Of a stretch of 64,000 bases of DNA, positions 39,662 through 51,536 are shown in pieces; position 1 is the first letter of the stretch, and every line of letters starts with the position of its first letter. Origin of the DNA: Ptychomitrium polyphyllum. Taxonomy: Eukaryota. The translations under genes and the position numbers were made by a program. The notes below the pieces were generated by a model. The model worked only from the letters and a program-made list of their open reading frames with translations. It was not told where the DNA came from and made no database searches. The DNA lies in the NCBI GenBank assembly GCA_973851085.1, contig OZ316775.1:1302001-1366000 (forward strand), read 5' to 3'.

Positions 39662-42600
39662 GTAATATTCACAATAAACTATCTTTATAATTTTTCTATT
39701 TTGTTTTTTTTTAAAATATTATTTTTAAATTTGATTTTTTTTTTTATTTGAACCTAAAATGATATAAGAAAAAATTACAATGCAATTCTACTTGGTAAGA
39801 GTTTTTTTAGATATTAAGTATGTTTAATGGAGATTTGTAATTGAAAAGATTCAAGAATTGATTATAAATGAAATTATATTTATTAACTTTTTTTGGAGCT
39901 TTCATAAACTTTCTTAATAATATATCATTTATATTAATTTCAATGAAAATTCATCTTTATATTTTAATCTTTTCAATGAATCAATTAGTATAAAATTGCA
40001 ATTAAAATGCAAGAAATAATATTACTTTTTGAAATTAATATTTTACTTTTCTTGTTCTAAGTTCATTATGGTTTTGAAATTCTTTAATCATTCCAAAATA
40101 AATGATAAAATAATTTGCAATACAATCTATAAGACTATATTTGAAAATGCAGTTGTAAAATAATTAATTCATCTTCTTAAATTTGACAATTTTCAAATTA
40201 TTACTTAAAAGTATTAAAGACATTAAAGGTTTAAAATATTTAATTAAAATTTTTATTCATTGTTAAAATTTAAATTTTACTCAGTGGAATTCTCCATTAT
40301 TTAATAATGGTTACTTATTATAGTATATTATTAGTCAATAATATAACAAAATAGATGTTATTGCAACTTTAAATCAATACAACATCATTCAAATTAGTTT
40401 TTTCTTTCTAGTTTCTATTTCATTCATAAACATTCACATTTTTATTTTTTGATCATTTTTATGAAACTGTCATGTGTCTTCTATTTAACATGATATTTTC
40501 ATAATCTCATAATAAAAATTGAAAATAACATGATTTCTAAAAGTTTAAAAAAAAAAAGTTATTATGATTATTAAAAAACACAATTTCATGTGAGAACTTT
40601 AGCAAAAGCAGAAATTATTATAATAGACTTCAAGGTGATCTTAACTTGCTCATTTAATAATTATAAAAAATAAATTGGTAGAAAATCATTTTATGCAAAG
40701 TAAAGCTGCAATTCTAAATTCTAAAATTTCAAAGTGCTAAAACTTTTGAAATATTGATGTTTTTTAAGGGTTTCAAAGTGAATTGAAAAATAATTTTTAT
40801 CAGGTATAAATTCTTATTAAATACTTTGAATCTTTTTTGTTAATATAAATTTTTTGTTCAAATTATTCTATTAGTATAATTTTACAGAATAGCTTTTATA
40901 TTTATATTTTCAATTTTTATATATTATTCAAAATCTCTTATGTCTTATTTGGAATTCATGTATAATTATTTCATAACAACATATAACGTTTCTATATTAA
41001 TAAGTAGGATTTATATTAATAATATACCTTAAAAATGCATTTTTTTTTGAAACTTTTTAATTTCTATGTAAAATGTATAAAGCAAAATTTAACAAAAGAA
41101 GGAATAGGATTCTTTAATACATATTACATAATATTTTTTGGTATAATTTTGAGAGATTTATCATAAATGTTATTCTTTACATATACTTATAAAGGTAATA
41201 AATGAGAAAACAAACTTTAGCCTTGAAAAAACTTAGATTTATTTTGGTCTAAAACCATCATTATTTTGAATTGTTATTGGCTTAAATGAAAATAGAATTT
41301 GGATGTTTTAATTATATAATCTTATTATAAATTTATTATAGGTGATTTGATAGAATTTGGAGTTATGATGGCACATAAATTAAAAGATCTTAATATTTTA
41401 ATGAAAATTTATATTTCCAAATTTTGAATAGTGCCATTTTGGAGTTGAAAATCTTTTATCAAATATACTATAAGCAAAATAAAACTTAGTTGAAAAGTAA
41501 TATTACTTTAACTAACTATTGGTGTAAAAAATAACTCTTAAATTTCTTTTGTAATTTCTGAAATGTCCTTGCAATGTAATGATCCAATTTTCCAAATTGA
41601 AAAAAAAATTTAAAACCAAATTCTTTTTTATTAAAATGTTTGTAAAATGTTCATGTTGCTTTAATTTGATGCACTAATTTGAAATCCAATCAAGAATGTT
41701 TATTGAAATCGCACACCGTATAAGGGAGAAACTATTCCTCTAAGTTTCAGTCATCCAAGCTTACAAATTCGTTAGTCGGCGCCCTTAGAGACTACAATAT
41801 TATAATCAAAATTTGAACCTTAGAATCCTCAACACTGCAGTGTGAAACGAACCATGCCCTGCACAGAAAGTGTCAATTCCAAGTGCCAGCATGTCGAATT
41901 CCCCGATTCACACAAGAATCCCGAACAATCTACTCCAGAGCGCCACATGTATATTTAAGAAGCCACTCTGAGACTAATAATTTCTCCCATCCAGGCCATC
42001 CACCCAACCTAGATCGCCCGTACCCCTCCTCTCCACCTGTGATCCCTTCGAACATCCACTTCATTACATAGATCCGGGCACTGAATCTTAATCCAGAAAT
42101 CTCCAAGATCTTTGAACATCTTGCCTGGCGCCAGCGAAGCCGCGGCTTTGCAAAGATTTCAAATCATTCGGAGGCGTAGTCACATCGTTGTAGGGATTCG
42201 CACCATTTGCGATGCACTTGTGGTAGAATTGTGGGGAGCTCTGTGAGCTTTGCGTCCTAGGTGAAGTTGGAAGAAGTCGTCATAGTGAAGACAGTTCGTG
42301 ATTGTTGTTAGTTCTTCCTGGACGGTTGTTTTGTTCGTTTTTTTCTCGGTGCTCGTGATCAATCGATCGAGTACTGTGTACAGAGTGGTAGCGTCTGTCG
42401 GCTATGAGATTTTTGGCTATTTTCAGGAAGTGAAGTTGCATTTCTCTTAAATTCCCTTGTTGCAGGCGATTGAGTAGGAAGCGAGTGAGCCGTTCTTTTA
42501 AGAGTTAGTCGGGAGAGTTAATAGTGACCGAGTTTCGGAGTGGATTTGAATCGTTGTTGACGCGGTTGTGATCCTCGCGTTTGGGGTTGGAGGAAGAGGT

Positions 42601-42789
42601 GATAGGATGCTGCAGGACTGGTGGTAGGGTTGACTGATGGTGTTTCTCTTGGCAAGGCGGTTCTGAAAACAATAGAGTAGAGCGATTTTTTTAGGGAGGC
42701 GGAGACAGAGGAGGAAGTGCGTAGAGTAGAGAGCGAGAAAGAGGGAGTGGATAGAGGGAGCCGAATAGCGGTAGTGTGAGTAATTAACC

Positions 42790-44099
42790 ATGAGCCGACT
42801 TTGTTGTTGCTTCGGGCGAAGCAAAGTGAATGATGGCGCCGAGAACGCGACAAAAGATAGTGAGACGAAACAGGGAGCGAAGGCGATCAAGAGCGTGAAA
42901 GAGGATGCGAAGAGGGAGAAGCAGAATCAGAGCCCTGTGTTAGTGGAGCTTTTCACTTCACAAGGATGTAGTTCGTGTCCGCCAGCGGATCTTGAATTTG
43001 CGAGGCTCGGGCAAGGGCTGGCTAGAGAGGTGACTGGAGATGTACCTGTTATAGCTCTGGCGTATCATGTAGATTACTGGAACCATTTAGGATGGCGAGA
43101 TCCGTTTGCTAGTGCTTCATGGACGCTGAGGCAGAAAGCGTACGGGGAGGCGTTGCAGCAGGATACTATTTATACTCCTGAAGTTGTTGTGCAAGGATGC
43201 GCGCATGCTGTAGGTGATAAAGTGGAGTCGGTCGCAGGCTTGATAAAAGCTGCATCGAGGTTTCCTAGTCCTGATGTGCTGGTATGTATCTCCTCCTGCA
43301 TGGCGCTTTTAAGTACTACATGCTTGTTGGTAGGTTGGACATTACTTTGAATAGAGCGTGTCTTGAGTGGTCAATTTTTCTGGTGTCGTTCTTTACTAGG
43401 TCCACGACCCTGTCATCGTCCCCTTCGCATTCATCTTCGCATAGTGTTTATCTGATCTTCAGTGTGGCATCTTTAAGTTGAATTTGAAATTGCACGCATG
43501 CATGCTTGCTCTGCATGTCGACAAAACCTTGAAGTATTATTAATTTTGGACTTAATCCTCGTCTCTTCACTTACCATAATTGTGGTTGCACTCTATTTCT
43601 AGACATCTGTGTTGGTGTGAGATGTGAGTTATGGTATTATTGTTCACTTTTCTCGTTGCCCTTCTGTTACATGCAGGATTCCAGTTTCGAACTCCCATTT
43701 TCATCAACGTTGCAAGTCTCACTCACTTTGTCTTACAGAAAACGAGTGGAAAAGCAGGGGTTGGACGTTATGGTAGCCATTTACCAAAACGGGCAGGTGA
43801 CTGAGTGTACTGCAGGAGAAAATAGAGGAAAATTTCTTACGAACGAGTTTGTGGTGAGGGGCCTGGAGAAGGCTTATACACTCAAGGACTGGGCAGCCAA
43901 GAAGGTATTTGCAGGACAAGTGCGATTTCAGTTGTGGGACGGTTTTATTCGGGCCAAGTGCGGCCTAATTGTCTTCCTTCAGAATCCAAGCACGTTGGAA
44001 ATTCTGGGTGCCGAGCGTGTGGACCTACCAGAATCTATTGATACTATGGTTCCCAAAGAAGACGTTGAAGAGTTTACTACCGAAGACCTGTTCACGTAA
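42790..44099 (+). CDS. DUF1223 thioredoxin-fold protein, 304 aa
   Basis: Exons 42790-43281 and 43677-44099, GT-AG, in frame. Motifs VELFTSQGCSSCPPAD, YHVDYWNHLGWRDPF, YTPEVVVQG and GENRGK.L.N.FVVR. Confidence 0.9.
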
Positions 44100-45710
44100 G
44101 ATACCTGCGATTTAGCATTCTCTTCTTGTTTCGTTCTTTCAAATCGGCCCGACACTGTTGCAGTGAACGATTCCAATCAGATAAGTATGCCAACACAGCT
44201 GCAAGAGGATTTCTAAAGCTAAGAGTGCCTAAAGTATTGAGATCTGATAGTTTCAGGTCTCGAAGTCATTAAGAGCTCATGACTTGGAGCATTGTGCTTG
44301 AAGCGGAGGCGTGGCACGTTGATATTAGTATCAAAAATCTGATTGTAGTATAGCAAAGTGTCGGGTAGAGAAGGTACTTACCCCGAGTATCCTATCTTGT
44401 CTGGGTGAAGAGCTTACTCTCCACTCTTGAAACTAGCTTGAAAAAATTGTTTGTTACTGGCAGTGCGACTTAAGTAATTTCAAGATTTTCGAGAATTTTA
44501 GGATTTGGAAGCAGGTTGCTTGCTCAAGCATTCTGTATTATGATTTTGTGAGTGTAGTCCTGTCAAGTGCTCACGGTCATATGCTTCCAGGTTTTAGGCC
44601 CCATGTGCAGAATGCCCTGGGCTAGAAGGCTGAATCATTTGCACATACCAAGTCTAGACCTATGTTTTCCTAATTCAGCTTCAGCTGAAGAATGTAGCAT
44701 TTGACATGCTTTTAGTGAACAGCTTGATAAGCTCTCTTGGTTGACGATTAACAACCTTGTATTTTGTAACTTGACAGTACCAATAACTCGAATAAAAAGG
44801 TAACTCCGAATTTATGATACTCTGCCGTTGCACTAAGACTCAGGTTGTTCGGTACAATAGATGTATTTGAGGTTTATCAACTTATCACACTGGCTAAGCG
44901 ACTTATTTGCCACTTTGTAAGTTAAAATTTGCACAATTCCCCAACAATACATTATTCAAACTTCACCTCGTCCTAAATTAAGTCCCACGTGGGAGGTACT
45001 TCTAGGGTTGTGCACAAGCATGTCAGGTACTGCCATGTATGCAATGTTGCTGCATCGTACCATCTGCCACTTTTGCACCGTTTGTTCAATCCGTGCATTC
45101 ACTAATTCTTGGAAAACGTTTTCACCCTAACTAGGCGACAAAAATGGTTGCTAGAAAAATGATTGACAATGAAACAAGTGTATGAATGATTGACTACATT
45201 ATAAAACTCACCATCACCCAAGTTAGTAAACCACCTTCGTTATTCCTGTCCATCTACTGATTCAAAAATCTTCACGTACTCACAATAATTTCCACGAACT
45301 TCGGTCACTCGAATACCTATGGAGTCTGAAAACCTCAGACTCTAGAAAATGACTCTCCAATCTGCCAAGGTAATGAAATCAGAATATCTTGTACGATTCT
45401 CCTAGACTACAGTTGCATAGACTGGTCCCAATATTGGCACAAAACATTGCATCTACTCTACTAGTTTCAGATATCACACTAAGAATTGTGGTCGAAGCAA
45501 CCTTCTCAGTTTGTGACGGCGTTTCTCAAGGCACTCGAGTCAACAAGTCCACTTAAAGTGAATCTACAGTACATGGTGTCATGGTGGCGTCTTTCAAGGC
45601 AGCTGCAAATTTTATCTTAAAAAGATACCCTTTCAGAGTATGGTAGTTCTTCTAACATTGGTTCCTTTGAGAAATTGCAACTAATAGAAATGGTTTCGAT
45701 CAACGAATCA

Positions 45711-47821
45711 TTATGTCACTTGCACACCCTGGTGTCGTAGGATCTCACCAATAAGAGACCCTCTTCCGGAACCTACATAGCGACCTAATAGCTTTCCACC
45801 TTTAATAAAGAGGAAGGTGGGTACTTCAACGACGCCCATTAATTTGAGAAGCTCCTGGCAAGCATCACTCTCATCGCCATGCAACCGAGCAAACACTGCT
45901 GTATCTGCCATGCGCTTAGAAAGTTTGATGAACGTCGGATAAACCTGAGGAGCCAGCCACTTCCATTTAAGTAACAAGGCTAATCAACTTTTTCAAGCAA
46001 GTGTCATCTACCTAAAATGATAAATTTAAGTCTGATGGGAAGAAAAATCCATTGATGACATACTAACCTTCACACAAGGGCCACAATTCTTAAGGCCAAC
46101 ATCAATAACGAGCAGCTTGTCATCGGTTTTGTGTTTCCGGAGTAATTCTTCAAAATCAGCACGATTGTGCAGCTGGTGGATTGGCGCGTCCGGGTCACCA
46201 TAGTACAAGACGTCATTCTCCAGCTGTTCTGCGTCGATACCCTCCTCTTCGTGGACAAGTTGTTGGTTTTTGTAAAATGAGAAGTGTGGGACCTGTGAAT
46301 TCATCCAAAGCACATCATGTTACAACATGCCCTCAATATTTACATAACATATACTTACTTCAAAACGCAATTCAACATGATACAGTTGATCCGTGACTTT
46401 CAAATGATCAGGATTGGATTAGACCAGCAAATATTACGATAAGAGCAGTATCATGAACCTCTAAAGCTCAATTCTCTCACACCATCTCCGCTCTCCTTAA
46501 ACTTGCTCTTCTCTCACTATGCAATAACATGCCAAAAATCTCTTTCAAACTTAAAACGACTTGCAGACCTTGCAACTCTATTGGATTTATCTCCGAATCA
46601 TCAATTTACATCAAAAAACTAAACTCCCCAACTGCTACAGCCAAAAGTAACACCATACGAAGTTCAAGAACTTCAGAGATTCGGCCAAACTCAGAAGACA
46701 CATATATTCAAATAGGATAGCATCTCAACAACCTCAATTCTACTCTTACAAAAACTAGATAATGATTGAGGAAGGCAAGTATGTCCTCAATACGACGAAT
46801 GTATAAAAGGGCATGATCACCCCTCATGTTCCTTCCAGTGCTAACTCATCATTTCAAGGTCTCTCTTCTTGTCCAACTATCACCTCTAGGGCTCTTAATT
46901 CGAAACCAGTTCTTACAAACTTGACAGCATGAATTTCTCAATGTTCTCCATTGAAGACCAACCATTACTAAGTCCTATCCACTATTTCAGTTACTGGTAG
47001 CAGTAGATTAACAAACTGCATCTAAACCCACAACGGATGCCAGTGCAGCTTCTCGTAATCATACCGTCACAGGCAAGGTCAAGGTAGCTGTAACTGCGAT
47101 GGTTCCTCCTCACTGAAATATTGGAAGGGTAAAAAAGGGTGCTAAACACATAGTGCCACTAGTGAGATCCTAATTCTTCAACGAACAAATAATCTCAAAT
47201 ATTGCATCTTGCTGGAAACGAATTACAGTAAACCGGGAGCTTCAAAGTGACCAAATTTCAAAGAACGGCCTCCCAATCACCATTCACTAGGGAGAACTAA
47301 CCAATGAGTCATACCTTTTCGATGCCTGCACGCTTGCAGAGCTCCTTGGTCTCATCACTCTCGTCCCCCATAACAAGCAAAAACACAGCATTCTCTGACG
47401 TCCTGCTCAGGTCCACCATGGCCGGATATATATTCCTACTATTCTTGCTTTTCAGCCCAGCATACTCCACCACCACCAGCTTCCTCCCCGCGTTCTTGAT
47501 AGCCGCATCGAATTCCTCAACGGTGCGAATTTCCTCAACACGGTCGTCTCGGCCATCCTTAACACCTGAAGACGCACCCTTGGGCGCCGTAGCTGGCGTA
47601 GTGGCAGCGCATGTCGTTAAGCAACCACCCCTTTTGCCGTAGCTCGTGCTTGCGAAGTGGCTCACGGCAGCTGAGCTGCTACTAAGGAAACTAACGTTAA
47701 GCTTGGCAGCGAATCTAGCTCCACCTACAGTAGTAGAAGTATACTCCAGCGATGGTTTAGCTGCCAGTGAAGAAGTGGGGTGGAGTTGCAGAGTAGGGAG
47801 CTTGCACAGGGAGATCGCCAT
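45711..47821 (-). CDS. CDSP32: Chloroplast two-domain thioredoxin CDSP32, 321 aa
   Basis: Exons 47821-47315, 46292-46068 and 45944-45711. Ser/Thr-rich transit peptide, first Trx domain with SKNS, second with [16 protein letters not shown], and C-terminal [23 protein letters not shown]. Confidence 0.92.
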
Positions 47822-49997
47822 AACTGAAGAAACCTCAGTTACAAGAAAATTCTAGCTCCTAGAAGGTGCCAGTTGCTAGCGCAATTGTGGATCAAAGTGG
47901 CAGCAGCATAGCGCCCTCGCTAAACCCTGAGCTAGAGATGTGCACGACGAGAGGAAGAGAATGGACCTCACAATTGGAGTGTAAGGAACGCAGGCGAGAT
48001 GAGCCTTCGGATCTGATCGCAGAGACTGCCGCTGTGAAAAGCTAACACTCTGAGCGACGGAGAGGATAAGAGCGTGGACATCCATCCATCGACGCTGCGG
48101 AGAGCCTGCCTGAGGGCATCATCCTTGTCTGTTTTTCTCTTTTTTCTCTTTCTGCTTGATTCTTTTCTGAAAGGACCAGTAAGGCTCGCATGGCTTGCCA
48201 CCCTATCCGCACCAACGGTATGGCAGTGTAGCTTTCTGGTTGCCATGCCAAGACGCTAACTACATACATAGAAACCACGAACATGGTTTAAACTGAGCTG
48301 GAAACCCCGCAGCCCCAAAGTTGTGCTTAGCTTTATTTTATTCTTTGGGGGGGCTTATTTTGCGAAATCCTCCAATAACAACAGAGGGACCACCCTTCGG
48401 GAAGGAGGATTCAGATAGGATTTCAATGTTGTCCTCTTTTCTAATTCATAACTAAATAGCACATCTATTATATGAATTTTCAAGTTCCATGGCATTGGTG
48501 AGCATGCTTAATTCTCATTCCCATATGTTCATCCAAAAAAGTAGTCCAAGTATCTGTTCAAGAATGCTATAAAGAATTGGACCACATATTTGTTCCACGT
48601 AGGTTTAATTTCTGTTATTATGTAACATGCCCTATATCAGCGCCAAAATTGAAAATTCAATGCAACAACTGAATAATTTGAATTGTAAGTTACAAATTCC
48701 TTTAAGTGTTTCAAGTATCAATTTTGGTGATACAATTACAAATTTTCAATGCCAACATTTGTTGTAACCAATATTCATTCTTTTGTGGTACATCACCATT
48801 TCTTTTATTAAATTGTATGCAGTTACAAAAAGCATGAATATATCAACCTTTCTCAATTTTGTGATTTACTAAAGGTGAATCCTCCACAACATCACAAGGA
48901 CACGCAACCCAGATAAGACCAATACAGTGTACACAATCAGGAGTAGTTGCATTGTCCAACGAAACAGAGTTTTCTACTTGGTTGACGAACTCAAAGAGTA
49001 TTCTCGCGTATGCTTAGAGCTTCAGAACTTGTCACAAGCAATTTTGAGAAGTTTCAAATCTGCGGCTTTCAGGACTGTCTGCTTTCAGCAACAATGGTAA
49101 CTGAATCCTCCGCCTCAGCTTAAATTCACCATGCATCCTTCAAAGTGCTCATGGACAAACCTCCAAAAAATCATCCATTTCCAACCTCAATTCAGTGCTA
49201 GGTGGGCACACCCAACATACAGCTGGAGCAAAACAACTTTCATACATGCAGCTCCATTTCCAACATAGCATGATAGTGACAATTCACAAACATTTTCAAA
49301 AGCAAAAATAGTGTATATTCAGTCGGAGCGCATGAAGCCACCTGATTGAATCTCCAAAAAGCCACCCAAGCATGCAGATGGGATGCAGGTACTGCAAACA
49401 TCGACTGATAGTACTGTAAGGATCACAAGTTGTCTTCCATAGAAACGGTTTTCACCTAAACCTAATGCAGATAGAGTAGTCATTCGAAAACGCCTCATCC
49501 CCAGTTGAGCGTGGTTTCAAGAATTAGACAATTGTGTTTCACCATCAAGCACAACGCCAGAAGTCATCTTCCAGAAGACACCCCGACAGATACAGCAAAA
49601 TCTGGAATGCAAAGCCTAGAGAATTGACTCATTGGAAATGCTTTGGACGACATAATCAATTTAAATGGGTTCTGGGCATTGACGGTCAACAAGCTATACC
49701 TGGGAGCTGCAGCCTTGCTTGCGCAGCAACAGACCCTCTCTATGTTCAAATCAATAATCGAAGTCCTTCGATCAATCTCAGAGCCAAAACTGCTACTTAT
49801 TCCGAATAATCACCATAAACCGCAAATCAAAAAGAAAAGAAGGAAAGAATAGTAATTACTCAGAGAAAGCCGAAGTAGCGCTCAACAAACTAATTCAACT
49901 TAACTTACAATCAAACATGCAAAGAGAGGCACTGCAATCAACCTGGCACACGATTCGCAAACAGGCTCGAGCCACGATGGGCGACACAGTTGGTGCC

Positions 49998-51536
49998 TCA
50001 AACGTGGCCGGCTTGCCCAAACGATCCCTGCCGAATGGATTGCACGACGAGATATGCATTCAAGGTGCCAATGATCACAGCAATAATCCATGCAGCGATC
50101 CTCGCAACCCAGCAATTGACGAAGCTGCCCATCTTGGCCCTGGAGCTTGTGAAATGCACCAAGGGGACAACAGCGAAGATCAAAGTGAAGGACAGGATGA
50201 CTTGGCTGAGAACAAGGAGACGGCCAGCGCCGTTGTTGCCACTGATAGCGGCAACAATGGCAGCAGGGATGATGGCGATAGAGCGGGTGATGAAGCGACG
50301 GAGCCAGGGCTTGACTCGGATTTTAAGGAAGCCTTCCATGACAACTTGGCCGGCGAGAGTGCCGATGATGGTTGAATTTTGGCCGCTGGCGAGCAGGCCA
50401 ATTCCGAAGAGAATTCGTGCGGCATTGTCGCCCAGAGCTGGCGAGAGGAGCTTGTATGCATCGCTGATGTTGGCGAGATTCTTGTTGGGGTGGGGGCCGT
50501 AATGGAAGGCGGCGGCGGCGAGGATGAGGATGGAGGCGTTCACGAAGAAGGCGAGCATAAGGGAGAGGCCAGAGTCCCAGGTGCCGTACTTGACCGCCAT
50601 TTTCTTGCCTTCTTTGGTGCGCGGGTAGGCGCGGGTTTGGATGATGCTGGAGTGGAGGAACAAGCTGTGGGGCATGCAAGTGGCGCCCAGAATACCGATG
50701 GCGTTGAAGAGGATAGCGGGGTTGGTGATGATTTCGGGTCTAGGGTAGAGTCCCGCGGCGACTTTGATCCACTCGGGTTTCACAGCGATGAGCTCGTACA
50801 CGAACACCCCCGCGATGAGCAGGCAGAGCAGGAACACCACCAATTCCAAGCTTCGGAAGCTACGCGTTCCGAAGACGAGGATGAACATGGTGTCCACGGC
50901 GGTGATCAACACGCCGGCCCACAGGGGGAGCCCGAACAGGAGGTTCATGGCCACGGCTGAACCGATCACCTCCGCCATATCGGTCGCGGCAATGGCGATT
51001 TCCATCATGATCCAGAGAAGGTACACCACGTATTTAGGGTAAGCGTCGCGACATGCTTGCGCCAAATCGCGATCTGCCACAATACCGAGCTTTAGAGACA
51101 AGGATTGGAAAAAGATGGCGGTAAAATTCGAAAGCAAGATAACGGACATCAATGTATATCCGAATGCAGCGCCTCCGCTGAGATCTGTAGCCCAATTTCC
51201 GGGATCCATATACGCAACGCTGACCATGAATCCAAGGCCAGCGAACGCGAACGCCTTCTTGTACCATGAGCCCTCTGGGACCGAAATCGAAGAATTCACT
51301 TCCTGCAACGACGCTACTTCGTTGTGTTGACGCCATCCTGACAACAGAGCCTCTTTTTCTGGAACATCAGCAGCGTTCGGATCCTCATTATCGTTTACTG
51401 GCCCTACGACCACCACATGGCCGGGCTCTTGCTGCCCGCTTTCGATGCTGAATGTTTCCTTTGTCGGCGTTGTCAACACCACCACCTCGCCTGGAGGGGA
51501 TGTGCCAGAAAGGGGCGCATTCACATCCTTCGTCAT
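49998..51536 (-). CDS. NRAMP: NRAMP/MntH divalent metal (Mn/Fe) transporter, intronless CDS, 512 aa
   Basis: Single ORF with first ATG at 51536. Motifs AYMDPGNWATD, RDLAQACR, EIAIAATDMAEVIGSA, GATCMPHSLFLHSS and ASGQNSTIIGTLAGQVVMEGFL; about 11 hydrophobic segments. Confidence 0.95.
   Translation of the reverse strand: MTKDVNAPLSGTSPPGEVVVLTTPTKETFSIESGQQEPGHVVVVGPVNDNEDPNAADVPEKEALLSGWRQHNEVASLQEVNSSISVPEGSWYKKAFAFAGLGFMVSVAYMDPGNWATDLSGGAAFGYTLMSVILLSNFTAIFFQSLSLKLGIVADRDLAQACRDAYPKYVVYLLWIMMEIAIAATDMAEVIGSAVAMNLLFGLPLWAGVLITAVDTMFILVFGTRSFRSLELVVFLLCLLIAGVFVYELIAVKPEWIKVAAGLYPRPEIITNPAILFNAIGILGATCMPHSLFLHSSIIQTRAYPRTKEGKKMAVKYGTWDSGLSLMLAFFVNASILILAAAAFHYGPHPNKNLANISDAYKLLSPALGDNAARILFGIGLLASGQNSTIIGTLAGQVVMEGFLKIRVKPWLRRFITRSIAIIPAAIVAAISGNNGAGRLLVLSQVILSFTLIFAVVPLVHFTSSRAKMGSFVNCWVARIAAWIIAVIIGTLNAYLVVQSIRQGSFGQAGHV

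Noticed and set aside
36700..41700. Long AT-rich tract (similar tracts at 2600-5800, 6400-8900 and 54200-55650)
   Set aside because: Probably very old TE debris, but I could not read any diagnostic domain or terminus, so no feature was called.
49917..51451. Plus-strand ORFs over the NRAMP gene
   Set aside because: Antisense shadows of a CDS rich in G/C-ending codons; no recognisable motifs.
42790..51536. DUF1223 + CDSP32 + NRAMP as a functional redox/metal gene cluster
   Set aside because: Adjacency alone is not evidence in a plant genome; predicted compartments differ and no shared regulatory element was seen.
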